In this document: piece after piece, positions 1 through 10,402 of the stretch | How the letters are laid out: each line of letters starts with the position of its first letter | Numbering within the stretch: the first letter of the stretch is position 1 | NCBI GenBank assembly: GCA_977020255.1 | Contig: CDROCS010005394.1 | Coordinates: 124,001 to 188,000 of the forward strand | Direction: 5' to 3' | From: Obrimoposthia wandeli | Taxonomy: Eukaryota | Length of the DNA stretch: 64,000 bases | The notes under the pieces: generated by a model | Databases searched by the model: none | The model's input: only the letters and a program-made list of their open reading frames with translations | Told to the model about the DNA's origin: nothing | Translations under genes and position numbers: made by a program

Positions 1-381
1 ATAAACACCATTCTCATATGAGAAATCGTTCATAACTAAATCATCATTCAGACCTAGTTGTTTACCTAATGCAAGCGTACCATATACGTCATGTGTTACA
101 CCTGCGTAAGCGTGGTTCATGTATAGTACATCACCTTCTTTACCGTTATATTTGATTTCCATTGAACCAAATGTTTTAAGACCATTGTCTAGTTCTTTAG
201 CTACTTTGATGTCAAAACGTGAACCAGAATCTTCAAAATTAATATTGTCAGAGTCAGCAATAACAACGTGACCACGGAAAGAACCACCAAGAGAAACAGA
301 AGTACCTTCGTTGTTATAAACTTCAGCAGCGTTTGCAGCGCCAGCTAGTAAGATTGCAGTAGCAAGAATAGTCTTTTTCAT
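1..381 (-). CDS. Gram-negative general porin (OmpU/OmpC/OmpF-like), N-terminal part; truncated by window edge
   Basis: Not in the ORF track. Manual translation from the ATG at 381: MKKTILATAILLAGAANAAEVYNNEGTSVSLGGSFRGHVV...GSRFDIKVAKELDNGLKTFGSMEI. Signal peptide ending ANA-AEVY; porin-like N-terminus; AAGGA RBS upstream; highly biased codons. Confidence 0.85.
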   Translation of the reverse strand, partial: MKKTILATAILLAGAANAAEVYNNEGTSVSLGGSFRGHVVIADSDNINFEDSGSRFDIKVAKELDNGLKTFGSMEIKYNGKEGDVLYMNHAYAGVTHDVYGTLALGKQLGLNDDLVMNDFSYENGVY

Positions 382-1027
382 TTTTGAAATCCTTTATGAT
401 TTATAAGTTAACTCACTCATTACTTGAATCTCTCTCTGAGATGATCCATCCGGTAATGATTGGTTAAACCAAGAGTTAATGTATTCTAACAAATAGCGTG
501 TTAAACCCACAATTCATCTGAATAACTCATTTGAATAAGATTTAACAACTACGCTTAAAACTTGGTATAGATTATAGTCATAATAATTTCATGAAAACTA
601 TAAGGAAAATCAATAAGAGATCAAAACTAAGATCGCGGGCACATAAAGCGGTATGACAAGAAGAAATTTCTTGACAATGTAGAGTTTAAATACTCATTGA
701 GAGGGTTTGTTAGAAACTAAACGCTTAAAAAAAAAGCATTTATGACTACTTTATGACAGAAGCAATAGTTTGCAGTTATTCTGTTAATTAGTAAGAACAG
801 CAAAACAACTAAAAGTTCAATTCATTTTAATTCTATACCATTTAATCTAATCTAATTATTTAGGGTTAGCTTCTGTTCCTAAAGATTAGAATAGTATGAA
901 TTTTTAACAACGCTTGTTTCTTCTATTATATAGATAAAATAATATTCACAGTATTTAGACCCTGATCACGAAACTAAAATAGTGAACTTTAAAATAGCCC
1001 ACTTCTAACTTCCGATGATTAGCAGGC

Positions 1028-1056
1028 AAAAAAATACCCCAGCATTGCTGAGGTAT
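1028..1056 (-). terminator. Intrinsic terminator after topA
   Basis: Imperfect stem ATACC-C-CAGC/GCTG-A-GGTAT preceded on + by an A-run (U-tract on minus). Confidence 0.6.
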
Positions 1057-1115
1057 CCTATAACCACATTAGCCCTCTATGAAGACCGAGGTTAAGCGCT
1101 AAACAGAATAGCTAA

Positions 1116-3782
1116 CTACTTTTCAGTTGCAGGCTTTTTCTTCTTAACGGCTTTCTTCTTCTCTTCTTGAACCCATTTACCAGCGATGTAATGTGCTGTC
1201 CAACCCGTGGCTTTCTTCTCCACTTCGGTCATCACATATTGTTCTTTGGTTTTACGGCTAAAGCGTACTATCGCTTTATTACCTGCAGGGTCTTGCACTG
1301 GTGCATCTGCTAAGTAATAAAACTTCTCTGAAATACGGTCTCTGAAGCGAACTAGCTCTTCAATCCGCGGAGCACGGGTCTCACGAGATTTAGGGAACGT
1401 ATTCGCGGCGAGGAAGATACCGGCAGCACCATCACGTAGCACAAAGTAAGCATCCGATTTTTCGCATTCCAATTCAGGTAGGAAAACAGGATCTTCTTTT
1501 GGCGGCGCAACTTCACCACTTTTTAGGATCTTACGCGTATTCTTACATTCTTCGTTAGTACAGCCCATGTACTTGCCGAAACGGCCATTTTTAAGCTGCA
1601 TATCATTCATACAACGGTCACACTCAACCACAGGGCCATCATAGCCTTTTAGTTTGAATTCACCTTTCTCGACTTCGTAACCAGTACATTCAGGGTTATT
1701 ACCACAAACATGCAGTTTACGGGTTTCGTCGATCAGGTAGCTATCCATTGCAGTGCTACATTTAGGACAACGACGTTTTGCCATAAGCGCTTCAGTTTCA
1801 GCATTCTCATTTAGCAAATCAATCGCTTCTTCACCAGAAACAAGATTGATGGTTTTCTTACAACGTTCTTTCGGTGGCAAGTTATAACCAGCACAACCAA
1901 GGAATACCCCAGTCGTCGCGGTACGGATACCCATCTCACGTTGGCATGTTGGACATTCAATATCCGTGATAACCATTTCGTTCGAGCGCATACCGCCTTC
2001 AGCCACTTCAGAACCGGCTTTTATCAGCTGCTTCTTAAAGTCACCAAAGAATTCATTCAGTACATCAATCCAGTTAAGCTTGCCTTCAGCAACCCCATCA
2101 AGTTGAGACTCCATGCTTGCGGTGAAATCGAAGTTCATCAATTCTTCAAAACTTTCGGTCAAACGTTCAGTAACAATCTCACCCATTTTCTCAGCAAAGA
2201 AACGACGGTTTTCAGATTTCACATAACCACGGTCTTGAATTGTAGTAATAATCGACGCATACGTCGATGGACGACCAATGCCACGTTTCTCTAATTCTTT
2301 AACCAACGACGCTTCATTAAAACGCGCAGGCGGCTTAGTGAAGTGTTGCAGTGGATCAACGGTTATCAACTCAAGCGCTTCACCGGCTTCAAGCACAGGT
2401 AAATTACTTTCGTCTTCAGACTTCTTGCTCATTGGTGGCAATGCTTTAGTCCAACCAGGGAAACGCATAGTACGTCCCTTCGCGGTAAGCTGATACTCGC
2501 CAGCAGCAATGATCAATTTAGTTGAATCGTATTGCGCAGGTACCATTTGACAAGCAACAAACTGACGCCAAATTAATTCGTATAATTTCTTCGCATCATC
2601 ATCCATACCTTGCAGATCGCCAGACATAACAGTGACGTCAGAAGGTCGGATCGCTTCATGGGCTTCTTGTGCGCCTTTTTTAGAACCGTATACATTCGGC
2701 TCTTCAGGTAAATACTCTTTACCGTATTTTGTTTCAATGAAACCACGGGCACTTTCTACAGCATCTTTACTCAAATTTGTTGAGTCAGTACGCATGTAGG
2801 TAATGTAACCACCTTCATATAAACGTTGCGCTAAGCCCATTGTACGTTTAACACCATAGCTATGACGCGTACTTGCCGCCTGCTGTAGCGTTGACGTAAT
2901 GAATGGTGCTTTGGGTTTACTGCTTGTCGCTCTGTCATCACGTTTTAATAACGAGTAACTGGCATTTTGTAAGTCAGTAACCGCTTTCGTCGCTTGCGCT
3001 TCATTAACAGGTTTAAATGCTTCACCGGCATATTTAACCGCTTCAACACGTAATGGTTCACCAAGCGAAGTCACTAAGTCTGTATGGATATCCCAAAACT
3101 CTTCTGGGATGAACGCTTTAATATCACGTTCTTTGTCTACGATTAAACGCACAGCTACCGACTGAACACGTCCAGCAGATAAACCACGGGCAATCTTCTG
3201 CCAAAGTAACGGAGACACCATGTAGCCAACAACACGATCTAAGAAACGACGCGCTTGTTGTGCGTTAACACAATCAATGTTCAATTCTGACGGTTGTTTA
3301 AATGCTTCTTGGATCGCTGTTTTTGTAATTTCGTTAAACGTAACACGTTGAAAACGAGAATCATCACCACCAATAATTTCCCGCAGGTGCCATGCAATCG
3401 CTTCACCCTCGCGGTCTAAATCGGTTGCGAGATAGATGATGTCTGCTTTTTCAGCCAGTTGTTGTAATTCGGCAACGACTTTTTCTTTACCAGGCAAAAT
3501 CTGATACGTTGCTGCCCAATCATTTTCTGGGTCTATCCCCATACGGGAATATAACGCTTTTTTATCACGTTTTTGTTTAAATGCAGCTTTGGCTTCAGGC
3601 GTCATGCCTTTAGTTTGCTGAGCAAGCGTCGGTGCGCCAGCTCGTTTTGTAGCTGCACCGCCACTTGTCGGTAAATCACGTACGTGACCCACACTTGACT
3701 TAACAATGTAGTCTTTACCGAGATATTTATTGATGGTCTTCGCTTTTGCTGGCGATTCCACAATTACTAGAGATCTTCCCAT
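1116..3782 (-). CDS. topA: DNA topoisomerase I
   Basis: [13 protein letters not shown] Toprim start, [18 protein letters not shown], catalytic [11 protein letters not shown]-terminal zinc ribbons (CPTC, CPKC, CDRC); 888 aa. Confidence 0.99.
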   Translation of the reverse strand: MGRSLVIVESPAKAKTINKYLGKDYIVKSSVGHVRDLPTSGGAATKRAGAPTLAQQTKGMTPEAKAAFKQKRDKKALYSRMGIDPENDWAATYQILPGKEKVVAELQQLAEKADIIYLATDLDREGEAIAWHLREIIGGDDSRFQRVTFNEITKTAIQEAFKQPSELNIDCVNAQQARRFLDRVVGYMVSPLLWQKIARGLSAGRVQSVAVRLIVDKERDIKAFIPEEFWDIHTDLVTSLGEPLRVEAVKYAGEAFKPVNEAQATKAVTDLQNASYSLLKRDDRATSSKPKAPFITSTLQQAASTRHSYGVKRTMGLAQRLYEGGYITYMRTDSTNLSKDAVESARGFIETKYGKEYLPEEPNVYGSKKGAQEAHEAIRPSDVTVMSGDLQGMDDDAKKLYELIWRQFVACQMVPAQYDSTKLIIAAGEYQLTAKGRTMRFPGWTKALPPMSKKSEDESNLPVLEAGEALELITVDPLQHFTKPPARFNEASLVKELEKRGIGRPSTYASIITTIQDRGYVKSENRRFFAEKMGEIVTERLTESFEELMNFDFTASMESQLDGVAEGKLNWIDVLNEFFGDFKKQLIKAGSEVAEGGMRSNEMVITDIECPTCQREMGIRTATTGVFLGCAGYNLPPKERCKKTINLVSGEEAIDLLNENAETEALMAKRRCPKCSTAMDSYLIDETRKLHVCGNNPECTGYEVEKGEFKLKGYDGPVVECDRCMNDMQLKNGRFGKYMGCTNEECKNTRKILKSGEVAPPKEDPVFLPELECEKSDAYFVLRDGAAGIFLAANTFPKSRETRAPRIEELVRFRDRISEKFYYLADAPVQDPAGNKAIVRFSRKTKEQYVMTEVEKKATGWTAHYIAGKWVQEEKKKAVKKKKPATEK

Positions 3783-4102
3783 ACAGACGGATTCTTTTAA
3801 TTTATGAATAATATGAAATTGATGAATGCTATTGATATCAAATCACTTAATAATAACCAAAAAGTGATATTGAATAACTGCGTTCTATTTATATATATAC
3901 ATTGAATATACTTATAGTAGTCAATATTTTTTTAATTATTTTTCTAATGCTTAGTATTCGTACAAAAACATACCACTAACGTAGCAACGAAAACCCAGAC
4001 TAAAACCCCGAAAATAAATAAAAATCAACTAAATGAACTGCAATTTATCAATACATTAGTTTTATACATCAATCTGTCTTTTGCAATTAAGTACTTACAA
4101 TT

Positions 4103-5182
4103 TTATAAATGCGGGTACTTACTTTGCTGTAAAAACTTATTTAAGCTTATCGACATAGCCATTGACGCCGCTTGCGCTAGTTTTTCAGCTAACTTTTTGC
4201 GCACAACATATTTGACTATATAAATGGTTTGCGACTTGTTCGCTTTTAATAAGTAATCATCACTGGTTTGTAAAGTATCAACTAACCCACGCTCGTGTGC
4301 ATGCGTACCAAACCAATGCTCACCTGTGGCGATTTTTTCAATATCCATACCAGGTCGATGCGCACTGACAAAATCTTTAAATAGTACGTGCGTTTCTTCA
4401 AGCTCTTGCTGGAATTTTTCACGGCCTGCATCATCGTTTTCACCAAACATCGTTAATGTACGTTTGAACTCACCAGCGGTTAGTTGTTCGACATCAATAT
4501 TGTTCTTTTTCAACAAACGATTAAAGTTAGGGATTTGTGCAACAACACCAATCGAACCAACAATAGCAAACGGTGCGGCAATGATATGATCTGCAATACA
4601 TGCCATCATATAACCACCACTTGCAGCGACTTTATCAACCGCGATAGTTAGCTTAATATTAGCTTGTTTTAAACGTTCTAGCTGCGAGCTTGCAAGCCCG
4701 TAACCATGCACAACACCACCGCCACTTTCGAGGCGAACCAAAACTTCATCGCGCTCGTTGGCAACGAATAAAATAGCGGTAATCTCTTCACGCAGCGAGG
4801 CAACTTCTTTAGCATCAATACCCGCCGTAAAATCTAACACAAAAAGACGAGATTCAAGGTCGTCTGTTTTAGCCGCCTCTTTATCTTTGGCTTTTTCTTT
4901 ATGTGCTTTTTTAAGCGCTTTCAGCTCAGCTTTGTGTTTTTTCTTTTCCGCTTTGTGCTGCTCTTTCTCTAATAACTTAGCTTCATCTTCAGACACAAGA
5001 TGTAATTGAAGTTCATCTTCTACATCTTGAAATTGTTCTGATAAATTGGTGATCTCCAAACGCCCGCCGCTCTTCTTTTGCTTAGACGAAAGATTGATAA
5101 TACTGACCACTACAAATAATAATGCTAGAACGAATGTTAGCGTTTTCGCTAAGAAAATCCCGTATTCACTTAAAAATTCCAA
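4103..5182 (-). CDS. sohB: Inner-membrane S49 peptidase SohB
   Basis: TTG start with GAGG RBS; N-terminal TM; RLESGGGVVHGYGLASSQL, DKVAASGGYMMAC, GSIGVVAQIPNF; conserved yciK-sohB-topA synteny. Confidence 0.96.
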   Translation of the reverse strand: MEFLSEYGIFLAKTLTFVLALLFVVVSIINLSSKQKKSGGRLEITNLSEQFQDVEDELQLHLVSEDEAKLLEKEQHKAEKKKHKAELKALKKAHKEKAKDKEAAKTDDLESRLFVLDFTAGIDAKEVASLREEITAILFVANERDEVLVRLESGGGVVHGYGLASSQLERLKQANIKLTIAVDKVAASGGYMMACIADHIIAAPFAIVGSIGVVAQIPNFNRLLKKNNIDVEQLTAGEFKRTLTMFGENDDAGREKFQQELEETHVLFKDFVSAHRPGMDIEKIATGEHWFGTHAHERGLVDTLQTSDDYLLKANKSQTIYIVKYVVRKKLAEKLAQAASMAMSISLNKFLQQSKYPHL

Positions 5183-5297
5183 ATTTTAATCCTCGGTCGG
5201 TTATATCTATTTTTGCTCTTTATAGCATTTACAGCATCGCATCTACAAGCTTTGCAGGTTACAATATTGTCAGATATGTCGATATGGAACCCAAAAA

Positions 5298-6041
5298 ATG
5301 GATTATCAAGCAGAAAAAAATCTATTAGAAAACAAAACTATTTTAGTAACAGGTGCCGGTGACGGTATTGGACGTCAAGCCGCATTAACCTATGCAGCAC
5401 ACGGTGCGACAGTAATATTACTGGGTAAAACAGTGGCAAAACTTGAAGCTGTTTATGATGAAATCGAAGCACTTGGCGCGCCAACACCTGCGATTATTCC
5501 GCTTGATATGAAAGGCGCGACGGTTGAAAACTATAAAGACATGGCTGACACCATTGACACACAATTCGGTAAACTAGACGGTTTATTGAACAATGCGGGT
5601 CAATTAGGCGTATTAGGTCCATTTCATCAAATCGATGAAAAGAGCTATGACGAAGTAATGCAGGTCAATGTTAAAGCACAGTTATTCATGACTAGCGCGC
5701 TATTACCCGTGCTTAAAAAAGCAGACAAAGCGTCGATCATTTTCACTTCATCAAGTGTTGGCGTAAAAGGTCGTGCTTATTGGGCTGAATATGCAATTTC
5801 AAAATTCGCTACTGAAGGCATGATGCAAACCCTTGCTGACGAATTTGAAAATACCAATGTCCGTGCTAACTGTATCAACCCGGGTGCAACACGTACTGGC
5901 ATGCGCTCTAAAGCTTTCCCTGGTGAAGATGAGAAAGTGCTACTCACCCCTGAACAGATTATGCCGCTTTACCTTTATTTAATGGGTAACGACAGCGTCG
6001 CTGAAACAGGTAAAACATTTAAAGCACAACCAAACAGATAA
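5298..6041 (+). CDS. yciK: YciK-family short-chain dehydrogenase/reductase
   Basis: TGAGDGIG Rossmann motif, NNAG, YAISK catalytic YxxxK, INPGATRT; divergent from sohB as in enterobacteria. Confidence 0.93.
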   Translation: MDYQAEKNLLENKTILVTGAGDGIGRQAALTYAAHGATVILLGKTVAKLEAVYDEIEALGAPTPAIIPLDMKGATVENYKDMADTIDTQFGKLDGLLNNAGQLGVLGPFHQIDEKSYDEVMQVNVKAQLFMTSALLPVLKKADKASIIFTSSSVGVKGRAYWAEYAISKFATEGMMQTLADEFENTNVRANCINPGATRTGMRSKAFPGEDEKVLLTPEQIMPLYLYLMGNDSVAETGKTFKAQPNR

Positions 6042-6061
6042 ACAATAACCTGGTAGTTAAA

Positions 6062-6099
6062 GTCCCTGAATAATACTTCTATTGTTTGGGGATTTTTAT
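6062..6099 (+). terminator. Probable intrinsic terminator after yciK
   Basis: TCCC-TGAATAATA...TATTGTTT-GGGGA stem followed by TTTTTATT. Confidence 0.5.
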
Positions 6100-6294
6100 T
6101 TCACATCGTCAGTCATAACTTCACTTTTATGCTTTTAGTTTGGTTATATCTTCACTAAAATATCGTGCACCTCTAAATTACTTGCTATCCCTAATAATTA
6201 CTGCAATAACTAATTAATAACGGCGCCTATCTATATAAAAAGATAGAAAGATATAGAAAGATATAAAAGACTTTGTTAATAAGGATATTAACCA

Positions 6295-7035
6295 GTGAAA
6301 TTGAATTGTGATATGGGCGAAAGCTTTGGTCTTTGGCAACTTGGTATGGATGCAGCTGTCATGCCGCACATTGACATGGCCAACATCGCTTGTGGTTTCC
6401 ATGCCTCTGACCCACTGATTATGCAACAAACAGTCACTCTGGCTAAACAGTATAATGTCGCTGTTGGCGCACACCCTGGTTATCCCGACCTCGTTGGTTT
6501 TGGTCGTCGTCACATGCGCTGCACCCCTGATGAGATCCAAGCATTGATACTGTATCAAGTGGGTGCCCTTGCCGCTTTCTGCCAACAACAACATATTCCG
6601 CTAAGTTATGTCAAACCTCACGGCGCACTTTATAACGACATGATGCAAGACGAGCCGGTATTGACGGCCATCCTTAAAGGCGTTGCCGCGTTTAGTACTA
6701 ACCTGCCCCTCGTGCTGATGGCGCAAACGGATAACAGCCGTAGCGAAGCCCTTGCTTCTCAATTTGATGTGCCATTACTGTTCGAAGCTTTTGCAGACCG
6801 ATGCTATACCGATGCAGGCTTATTACAAGATAGGCTACAAGCGGGTGCCGTCTTTACTCAGCAGAGTCAGATTGTTAATCAAGCAATACAGCTTGCCAAG
6901 CACGGCTGTGTGACCAGCAATACAGGAAAGCGAATCAAGTTACAGGCTGACACGCTCTGTGTGCATGGTGATAATGCGCAATCTATTGACGCTATCGCAC
7001 AAATAAAATCAGCAATGTCGTTAAGCAAGGGGTGA
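6295..7035 (+). CDS. pxpA: 5-oxoprolinase subunit A (LamB/YcsF family)
   Basis: GTG start; LNCDMGESFG, ANIACGFHA, GAHPGYPDLVGFGRR, YVKPHGALYN, EAFADR, DTLCVHGD. Confidence 0.95.
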   Translation: MKLNCDMGESFGLWQLGMDAAVMPHIDMANIACGFHASDPLIMQQTVTLAKQYNVAVGAHPGYPDLVGFGRRHMRCTPDEIQALILYQVGALAAFCQQQHIPLSYVKPHGALYNDMMQDEPVLTAILKGVAAFSTNLPLVLMAQTDNSRSEALASQFDVPLLFEAFADRCYTDAGLLQDRLQAGAVFTQQSQIVNQAIQLAKHGCVTSNTGKRIKLQADTLCVHGDNAQSIDAIAQIKSAMSLSKG

Positions 7036-7038
7036 ACG

Positions 7039-7764
7039 ATGCAATACCATCTCGAGATGATTGGTTATGATGCTATTTTAATCCGTTTTACGAATGCAGA
7101 TAACGCCCAACTATTACCAGTGATTTACAGCTTAAATCAACAGCTAACTAATGCCGTTGATTTAGATGCTGTGATTATTGATATCATTCCCTCATATCAA
7201 ACGTTACTCGTTAGCTTCAACATACTAAAAATTGAACCCCATCAGTTAGTCACTAAAATTGACGCTTACGTTAAACAAGTATTAAATACCCACATACAAA
7301 CTTCAGATCGTACGTTACCCGTGAAGATTAATTTGATCACACTGCCCGTTTGTTACCACAAAAGCCTCGCGCCTGATCTCGAGTCCTTATCCCGACATGC
7401 CACTTTGCCTATCGATGACATCATCCACATTCATTCTTCTACTATATATAGTTGTTATGCCATTGGCTTTATGCCGAACTTTGGCTACTTAGGTGATGTG
7501 GATAAACGAATACAAATACCCAGACACGCAAAACCACAAGTACAGGTTGCAGCTGGCAGTGTTGGTATTGCAGATAATCAAACAGCCGTTTATCCAAAAG
7601 CGAGTCCTGGCGGCTGGCAAATTATAGGTCAAAGCCCCGTGGCACTTGGTAGAGCAGTGGCACTCGACAGCCTTGCGGTTGGCTGCCATGTTAAGTTTAA
7701 GCCAATATCCCTAGATGACTTTCACCAATATCAGCACCAGTACCAGCAAAAGGTTAATCTATAA
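7039..7764 (+). CDS. pxpB: 5-oxoprolinase subunit B (carboxyltransferase domain, KipI-like)
   Basis: IIPSYQTLLV, IGFMPNFGYLG, GSVGIADNQTAVYPKASPGGWQIIG; 3 nt after pxpA. Confidence 0.93.
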   Translation: MQYHLEMIGYDAILIRFTNADNAQLLPVIYSLNQQLTNAVDLDAVIIDIIPSYQTLLVSFNILKIEPHQLVTKIDAYVKQVLNTHIQTSDRTLPVKINLITLPVCYHKSLAPDLESLSRHATLPIDDIIHIHSSTIYSCYAIGFMPNFGYLGDVDKRIQIPRHAKPQVQVAAGSVGIADNQTAVYPKASPGGWQIIGQSPVALGRAVALDSLAVGCHVKFKPISLDDFHQYQHQYQQKVNL

Positions 7765-8708
7765 TGGAAAGCGTTTCTGCATTTGAAGTTATCAAACCGG
7801 GTGTTCACAGCTTAATACAAGATCTTGGTCGGTTTGGCTATCAGCATTTAGGCATTACGCCAGGCGGGCCGGCAGATCTTCATGCGTATCTCTGGGCGAA
7901 TAAGATACTCAGCAATAGCAGTAATATGGCAAGTATTGAGATCCATTATGGCTTAATGACTTTGAAAGTTTTAGTTGATACTAAAATCGCGATTTGTGGT
8001 GCCGAATTTGGCGTGACGATTAATAATAAGCCAGCATTTAATTGGCAAACCCATCATGTTAAAGCGGGCGATCTCATCCATTACGGTGGTGCAAAAGCAG
8101 GGAAATGTGGTTACCTCGCCATATTAGGTGGTCTGCAAACTGAAAAGTGCCACCAAAGTCGTAGTACAGTGATCAGAGATGAACTGAGTCAAGTAACGAG
8201 CACACCACTATATCAAGGTCTGTGCTTACCAATAAGGCCACGCACAGATACCATAACAGCAGAATTACCAACAGAAGTGTCTGTTCCTCGTCATTATATT
8301 CCAAATTACTCAGCCCCCCTTATCTTGGGCTTATTACCTTGCTATCAATGGTCACTGCTCACGTCAAAACAGCAGCATCAACTGCTATCCAATAAATATC
8401 AGATCAGTACACAAGCAAATCGAATGGGCTATCAATTAATAGGAGACATGATTACCGACTTACCGACAGCATTAACATCAGAAGGCATTGCATTAGGCAG
8501 TGTGCAGCTTCCCGCAAATGGACTGCCAATTATCTTACTTCAAGACAGGCAAACGATTGGCGGTTATCCAAAAGCTGGGGTTATTTCCGCATTAGATTGC
8601 GGTAAATTATCACAACGCCAACAAGGAACAGAAATTACATTTAGGCTCGTCACCCCGCTTGTTTCACGTTATAAAATGCAAGCGTTCAAGCATTTTTTCG
8701 ATTTTTAA
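7764..8708 (+). CDS. pxpC: 5-oxoprolinase subunit C (KipA-like)
   Basis: IQDLGRFGYQHLG, GPAD, ANRMGYQL, GSVQLPANGLPIILLQDRQTIGGYPK; overlaps the pxpB stop by 1 nt. Confidence 0.93.
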   Translation: MESVSAFEVIKPGVHSLIQDLGRFGYQHLGITPGGPADLHAYLWANKILSNSSNMASIEIHYGLMTLKVLVDTKIAICGAEFGVTINNKPAFNWQTHHVKAGDLIHYGGAKAGKCGYLAILGGLQTEKCHQSRSTVIRDELSQVTSTPLYQGLCLPIRPRTDTITAELPTEVSVPRHYIPNYSAPLILGLLPCYQWSLLTSKQQHQLLSNKYQISTQANRMGYQLIGDMITDLPTALTSEGIALGSVQLPANGLPIILLQDRQTIGGYPKAGVISALDCGKLSQRQQGTEITFRLVTPLVSRYKMQAFKHFFDF

Positions 8709-9160
8709 CCCTGCCTATTTCTTTTGGTTAAGCTTAATGTTTTAATAAACGAATACAAAACAGCCAATCAGTTCAGTGACGAAGTTCACGTATTTAACTT
8801 TAAATCTAAATAATTACGTTATGTTATGAACATTTAACAAAATATAATATTTCTCAAAAAATACACATTTCAAATTTACAAATACCTCGTTTTATAAAAA
8901 TAAATCCATCTAAGAGCCCAGTCTGTACTAGAATTTAGCTTAAATATCCTTAAAACTATAGATTGTTTTACTTTTGTTAACCGAGTGTCACAAAGTATGG
9001 TCTAAACAGATAATAACGGGTTATTTTGCTGTATCATAAGTATTGCATTATTTATTTTTGCTGATTTAATACACCAACTTGAATTTACGGATTCGATTTC
9101 ATGGCCACAGAATGCCTTGAAGTAAACAAGCGACTAATGACTTATAAAAAGGAACACAAC

Positions 9161-10144
9161 ATGTCTATTACAAAAACAATTGCAAAATCACTTGCTATAG
9201 CAGGTTTAACAGTAGCTGCAGCGGTACCAAGTATTGCAACAGCAAAAACAAGTGACTTTATTACAATCGGTACTGGTGGTGTTACAGGGGTTTATTATCC
9301 TGCCGGTGGTGCAATTTGTAAATTTGTAAACCGCAACCGTAAAGAGCACAACATTCGTTGTTCAGTAGAAAGTACTGGTGGTTCAGCTTATAACATCAAC
9401 ACAATGCGTGCTGGTGAACTTGATTTCGGTGTAGCACAATCTGATCAACAGTTTTATGCTTACAAAGGCTTAAACCAATACGCTAAACAAGGTGCTTACA
9501 CTGACTTACGTGCTGTATTCTCACTACACGCAGAAGCACTGACTATTGTTGCTCGTAAAGATTCAGGCATCAAAGACTTTAAAGACCTTAAAGGCAAACG
9601 TGTAAACGTAGGTAACCCTGGTTCAGGCCAACGCAGCACAATGGATGTTGTAATGAAAGCTTACAACTGGGATAGCAGCGCGTTCTCACTTACATCAGAA
9701 CTTAAAGCGAACGAACAATCTCAAGCACTTTGTGATAACAAAATCGACGCATTTGTATTCTTCGCTGGTTTCCCAAATGGTTCAATCAAAGAAGCAACAA
9801 CAACGTGTGACGCTGTACTTGTAACGGTTAACGATTCTACAGTTGAAAAACTCATTGCTGAAAACCCTTACTACAGTCAAGTAACAATTCCTGGTGGCAC
9901 TTACACTGGTACGCCAAAAGACACAGTAACATTTGGTGCACGTGCAACAATCGTTACACCAAAATCAATGCCGAACAAAACGGTATATGAATTAACGAAA
10001 GCTGTATTCGAGAACTTCAATACATTTAAACGTTTACACCCATCATTTGCATCGCTAACAAAAGAAGACATGGCGACAGCAGCACTTAGCGCACCTGTTC
10101 ACCCTGGCGCAGCGCAATACTACAAAGAAGTTGGCCTAAAATAA
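9161..10144 (+). CDS. TAXI-family TRAP transporter solute-binding protein
   Basis: Start reassigned to the ATG at 9161 (AAGGA RBS, signal peptide MSITKTIAKSLAIAGLTVAAAVPSIATA); TIGTGGVTGVYYPAG, STGGSAYNI, VGNPGSG, PVHPGA. Confidence 0.93.
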   Translation: MSITKTIAKSLAIAGLTVAAAVPSIATAKTSDFITIGTGGVTGVYYPAGGAICKFVNRNRKEHNIRCSVESTGGSAYNINTMRAGELDFGVAQSDQQFYAYKGLNQYAKQGAYTDLRAVFSLHAEALTIVARKDSGIKDFKDLKGKRVNVGNPGSGQRSTMDVVMKAYNWDSSAFSLTSELKANEQSQALCDNKIDAFVFFAGFPNGSIKEATTTCDAVLVTVNDSTVEKLIAENPYYSQVTIPGGTYTGTPKDTVTFGARATIVTPKSMPNKTVYELTKAVFENFNTFKRLHPSFASLTKEDMATAALSAPVHPGAAQYYKEVGLK

Positions 10145-10162
10145 GCTCACTTTTAGTTAAAA

Positions 10163-10193
10163 ATAATAAGGGGACATTGTCCCCTTATTATTT
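10163..10193 (+). other. Stem-loop between TAXI SBP and permease (mRNA-stabilising or partial terminator)
   Basis: AATAATAAGGG-ACATTGTC-CCCTTATTATT inverted repeat followed by a T-run. Confidence 0.55.
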
Positions 10194-10402
10194 TATATCA
10201 GATTATTTTACCCAGCTTTATAATCATAATTTAATTTTTACTACTCTTACTCACGTTACTGGCTATTCTTATACTACGGATTAGTTGAGATCATTAGCAG
10301 TACCGCCTTTCTTAAATTAAGAGTTCTGTAATTATTAATTGTTCTACTAACGAATAACCGAGCCACTTCGTGTGATGAAAATCGCAGAATGATGGAGGAC
10401 AG

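Noticed and set aside
1116-3782. Basic insertion near the TopA N-terminus as a novel feature
   Set aside because: It corresponds to the variable Lys/Ala-rich loop also present in enterobacterial TopA; no intein motifs.
8776-8789. GTGACGAAGTTCAC as a matS site
   Set aside because: It is 14 nt and does not fit GTGACRNYGTCAC.
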